A model generated the notes under the pieces. That model made no database searches, had not been told where the DNA came from, and saw only the letters and a list, made by a program, of their open reading frames with translations. 64,000 bases of DNA. Source: Eledone cirrhosa. Taxonomy: Eukaryota. Numbering within the stretch: the stretch's first letter is position 1; each line of letters starts with the position of its first letter. Position numbers and translations under genes: made by a program. Location: the NCBI GenBank assembly GCA_964016885.1, contig OZ024743.1, forward strand, positions 119,908,001 to 119,972,000, read 5' to 3'. This document shows, in pieces, positions 59,147 to 64,000 of the stretch.

Positions 59147-59782
59147 AATATATATTACACAAAGAGAAGTGTGTTACACAGTGAGATGTGTGTAAAGAAT
59201 TATTACAAGTGAGTTTACCGTTCTGTAGAGAGAACAATATCTACAGGTTTAGCAATCAAATAGAAAAAAACTAAGTCAGAATCAAATCTCTGGATTAGAG
59301 TTTTAAATTACCAACCTTATAACTATATTTTGCTGATACGAATCTCGCTTCGTTTCACCACTGATATGTGAAGTATAACAGGTCACAGGATCCTCAGTCA
59401 GCAAATGCGAACAGTGAACACCACACATCTAACCTCATGGATAGAGAGATAGCTAATACACACGGTGCCCAGAGTAGGGCGAAATCACATGAGGTTAGAT
59501 GTGTGGTGTTCAGTGTTCGCATTTGCTGACTGAGGATCCTGTGACCTGTTATACTTCACATATCAGTGGTGAAACGAAGCGAGATTCGTATCAGCAAAAT
59601 ATAGTTATAAGGTTGGTAATTTAAAACTCTAATCCAGAGATTTGATTCTGACTTAGTTTTTTTCTATTTAATTGCTAACCTGTAGATATTGTTCTCTATA
59701 CAGTAACGGTAAACTCACTTGTAATAATTCTTTACACACATCTCACTGTGTAACACACTTCTCTTTGTGTAATATATATTTG
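59146..59782. repeat. Inverted repeat (arms about 294 bp, 48-bp spacer) with HHRs at 59329-59405(-) and 59522-59598(+)
   Basis: tttgctga-CTGAGGA-stem II-GAAA-cgaa/ttcg-TA^tcagcaaa. Confidence 0.88.
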
Positions 59783-59876
59783 CATTTGAGCTCAGAAGGA
59801 AATTCTCTATTCTTGTTTGAGCTAATACTATTATTATTATTACAGTGAACTGCGGAATACTCTTAATTCCGATCTT

Positions 59877-60015
<139 letters not shown>

Positions 60016-60062
60016 TTATATGAATGTGTGTATGTGTGTATATGTCTAACTATATAAAACAA

Positions 60063-60580
60063 ATTTTGGCCGAGGTATTAAACTATTGATCAAGCGGGCA
60101 TATATCTGGCTTTTTACATGTGCATCCATAGGTTTTCATGCTCGGGTGTTTATTTAAGAGGTAGGATTTCATATTTCTGGTAAAACATCCTATTTTACCC
60201 GTGTAGCGGTTAAAGATTTGGAGGTATTTATGTTCTAGGGGGAAATGTATGACGATAAGTGCTAAAAAGATTTTACCCACATTAATTTTAATGTTACGAG
60301 AGAGAGGGATAGAACCAGAAAGTGAATTTGTTTCTTGTTGTTTTTGTTGTTGTTTTTTTCTTGTTCGTTTTCGGGTAAGGGTCTGGAGAGTAGGAAATTT
60401 TCTCTGAGAAGCCGTCGTTGCTTAAGGCTGTGTTATGGAGCTGCCCAATCAAAAATAGTTTTATTTGATGAGACGTGGATTTACGCTTCCTAATGTTCTT
60501 AACTAGATTTCTAAAGACTCTAGGTGGATTGCATGAGTTTTTATGTATATACCTAATGTTCTGGCTCGGCTTATGTAAAT
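60063..60580 (-). mobile_element. Degenerate PLE ORF fragment (RT thumb and Cys linker)
   Basis: YIHKNSCNPP, FWFYPSLS, GKIFLALIVIHFPLEHKYLQIFNR, CTCKKPDICPL. Confidence 0.75.
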
Positions 60581-60610
60581 GTTTATGTGTGTGTACATAC
60601 GCACACTTAC

Positions 60611-60679
<69 letters not shown>

Positions 60680-60680
<1 letters not shown>

Positions 60681-60810
60681 GTAAAAGGTAAACAAAAATA
60701 ACAACACAATCGGTACAGTATATGGAAGGGATATATTAGGTTAACGCTTCATATAGCAGGAAGAGGGTCTTAACGTTTCGGGCGGTAGTCCTTCACCAGA
60801 AGGTATAATG
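60680..60810 (-). mobile_element. PLE pseudo-LTR-like repeat with a mutated HHR; second copy at 37518-37615
   Basis: ctt-CTGGTGA-aggac..gccc-GAAA-cg-TT-aag on the minus strand, upstream of the PLE fragment. Confidence 0.6.
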
Positions 60811-61249
60811 AGAAATAAGATAGATTGAGGGGACGGGCGGGATGGAATTTGAAAAAAATGTCTTTAGATAAAAATAACAGGTCCATTCATGTTGACATCT
60901 CTTGCAAAACTGTTGGTGCTGGCATTTTCTGTATGATTTATTTTTTAGAAAAGTGGATGATGGAACGCGTGTACCTGAAATGGAAAAAAAACCGTTTTGT
61001 AAAAAGCGCTATACTTGAGCACGTGCGTAAGCATGTGTGTGTGTGTGGGGGGGGTTATACGTCCGTACGAAGCTAAGAATAAATGTGTGTGTATATGTGA
61101 GTAAAAGAGTGTGTGTGCATGTACCGGAGTTGATAAAATGAAGTACCTGTGATGAACGTAAGAACATACTATCAGCTATCCACCCACGCAAAATAATTTT
61201 TCTAGCCTTACGCTTATGTAAGAAATGATTATTCAAATACACTCACATA

Positions 61250-61307
<58 letters not shown>

Positions 61308-61927
61308 TACATACATTCACGCGCGCACACGTATTTACACAGAGATGCATGTGTGTGTATACACTCACACAAGAGATACATACTTCATGTCACATAATCA
61401 AATGAGCCTCCTCAGTCGCTGTAGCGTGGCTGTGCAGATGAGAAAGCGTAAAGAAGAAACAAAGGGAGATAACTAACTAGTGGTAGGAGGGGCAGAAAAA
61501 TTTAAAACACATAAAAACAAAAGAAAAACATTAAAGAGAATAAGCAAGATTTGCAATTTGTCTAGTTTTCTTTTGTTTTATGTTTCTTCTATATATTGTT
61601 TCAAGTTTATTGTGGTTATCGTTGTTGGTGTTGTTGTTGTAGATGACGTTGATAGTGGTTGTGGTGGTGGTGATGATGATGGTGATCATTGTGGTGATGA
61701 TGATGGTGAATTTTTTATTTGTTTGTTTTTTTTTACCTAGTCTGTTCGGAATGTTCTCTTCATCTCCCGGCTCTGCTCTGCAATAAAATTAATAGACAAA
61801 CTTTTCTGGTTCTAATTGAAAGATGGCGGCCAACCGTTTCGATAAGAATCGGGAATTAGAAATTAAGAATAAATGAATAAATAAATAAAATATAAACAAA
61901 CAAATGATAAATTAAAAAAATAAATAA

Positions 61928-61966
<39 letters not shown>

Positions 61967-62035
61967 AAACAAGATGTAGTACAGAAATATCAATTACCAT
62001 TAACTCTTCAAGAAGATAGCAATGAAGACGATTGC

Positions 62036-62072
<37 letters not shown>

Positions 62073-62184
62073 TTGATGTTGATGTTGATGTTGATGTTGA
62101 TGATGATGATGATGATGATGATGATAGCAGAATTAATAAACTAAATAGATATAATGATGATTATGATATGATTGTTGTTGTGAT

Positions 62185-63160
62185 AGTGTTAGTGGTGGTG
62201 GTGCTGCTGGTGGTAGTGGTAGTGGTGGTAGTGGTGGTGGTGGTGCTGGTGCTGGTGCTGGCGGTGGTGGTGGTGGTAGTGGTGGTGCTGGTGGTAGTGC
62301 TGGTGCTGCTGGTGCTGGTGGTGGTAGTGGTAGTGGTGGTAGTGGTGGTGCTGCTGCTGGTGCTGGTGGTGGGGCTGGCGGTGGTGGTGGTGGTGCTGGT
62401 GCTGGCGGTGATGGTGGTGGTAGTGGTGGTGCTGGTGCTGGTGCTGGTGGTAGTGCTGGTGGTGGTGCTGGTGTTGGTGGTGGTGCTGGCTGGTTGTGGT
62501 AATGGTGCTGGTGTTGGTGGTGGTGCTGGCTGGTTGTGGTAATGGTGCTGGTGCTGGTGGTGGTGGTGGTGGTGGTGGTGGTGGTGGTGGTAGTGCTGGT
62601 GGTGGTGCTGGCTGGTTGTGGTAATGGTGCTGGTGCTGGTGGTGCTGGTGCTGGTGCTGGCTGGTTGTGGTGGTGCTGGTGGTGGTAGTGGTGGTGGTGC
62701 TGGCTGGTGGTGGTAATGGTGCTGGTGCTGGTGGTGCTGGTGGTGCTGGTGGTGGTGGTGGTAGTGGTGGTGGTGGTGCTGGTGGTGCTGGCTGGTTGTG
62801 GTAATGGTGCTGGTGGTGGTGGTGCTGGCTGGTTGTGGTGGTGCTGGTGGTGGTAGTGGTGGTGGTGCTGGCTGGTTGTGGTAATGGTGCAGGTGGGGGT
62901 GATGGTGGTGGTGGTGGTGGTGATGGTGGTGGTGGTGGTGGTGGTGGTGGTGGTGGTGGTGGTGGTGGTGGTGGTGGTGGTGGTGGTGGTGGTGGTGGTG
63001 CTGCTGATGGTGGTGGTGGTGGTGGTGGTGCTGGTGGTGCTGGTTGTGGTAATGGTGCTGGTGCTGGTGGTGCTGGTGCTGGTGCTGGTGCTGGTGCTGG
63101 CTGGTGGTGCTGTGGTAATGGTGCTGGTGTATTGATGGGGTGATGGTAATGCTGATGGTG
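62185..63160. repeat. (GGT/GCT)n low-complexity tract
   Basis: Direct reading; recurring gctggctggttgtggtaat unit. Confidence 0.95.
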
Positions 63161-63248
63161 ATACCATTTTTCAATGGCAATCATGAAAATAATATTAATA
63201 AAACTAATGACCGATTGTGATGATGATGATGATGATGATGATAACAAT

Positions 63249-63317
<69 letters not shown>

Positions 63318-63539
63318 AATAATAATAATAATAATTTCATTATTTGTCACATGGGCAAAGGATTTGATTTCTGTGTTTGTCACAAATAATAAAAATAATA
63401 GAATAATGGAAAGAAAGGATACAAAGAGATTTAGCTCAGAAAAGGAAGAAAAATATCGATATGACAATTGTAGTCCTGGTGTTAGTTGTGGGTTAATTGA
63501 AAGAGATTGTACATATGTACACTCCCGCACACAGATGAA

Positions 63540-63635
63540 TGTATACATACATACATACATACATATATATATACATACATACATATATACATATATATAT
63601 ATATACATATATACATATATATATACATACATACA

Positions 63636-63666
<31 letters not shown>

Positions 63667-63695
63667 GTATATACATGCATACATACATACATACA

Positions 63696-63729
<34 letters not shown>

Positions 63730-63847
63730 CATACATACATACATATATATATACATACATACATACATATATACATATATATATACATACATACATACAT
63801 ATATACATACATATATACATACATACATACATACATACATACATACA

Positions 63848-63878
<31 letters not shown>

Positions 63879-63890
63879 GTATATACACAT

Positions 63891-63921
<31 letters not shown>

Positions 63922-63923
63922 AA

Positions 63924-63957
<34 letters not shown>

Positions 63958-64000
63958 CATACATACATACATATATACATACATACATACATATATACAT
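63540..64000. repeat. (TACA)n microsatellite
   Basis: Direct reading. Confidence 0.97.

Noticed and set aside
62133-63340. Long Pro/His/Thr ORFs
   Set aside because: Trinucleotide repeat artefacts

Overview
Repeat-dominated eukaryotic DNA. The (TA)n/(CA)n/(TACA)n density and the SINE families suggest a coleoid cephalopod such as Octopus (inference only). No host protein-coding gene is convincingly visible, and most ORFs in the track are microsatellite artefacts. Recognisable elements: a near full-length but frameshifted L1/Tx1-clade LINE in (ATT)n; three R4/Dong-type RLE LINE fragments in (TACA)n; RTE fragments, one with three C-terminal C2H2 fingers; three Penelope-like element (PLE) ORF fragments, two with a GIY-YIG endonuclease; a mariner fragment; a Helitron-like 3' end; many tRNA-derived SINEs; and a tRNA pseudogene. 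The main finding is at least 8 different non-coding repeat families, most set in (TA)n, that each carry a type I hammerhead ribozyme (HHR) motif. They occur as about 415-595 bp tandem units and/or long head-to-head palindromes, always with the same polarity. Several have non-canonical cores: U3-A8 covariation, U10.1-U11.1, and large stem II insertions. They look like PLE pseudo-LTR-derived or retrozyme-like elements. All folds were read by eye and none was tested for activity.
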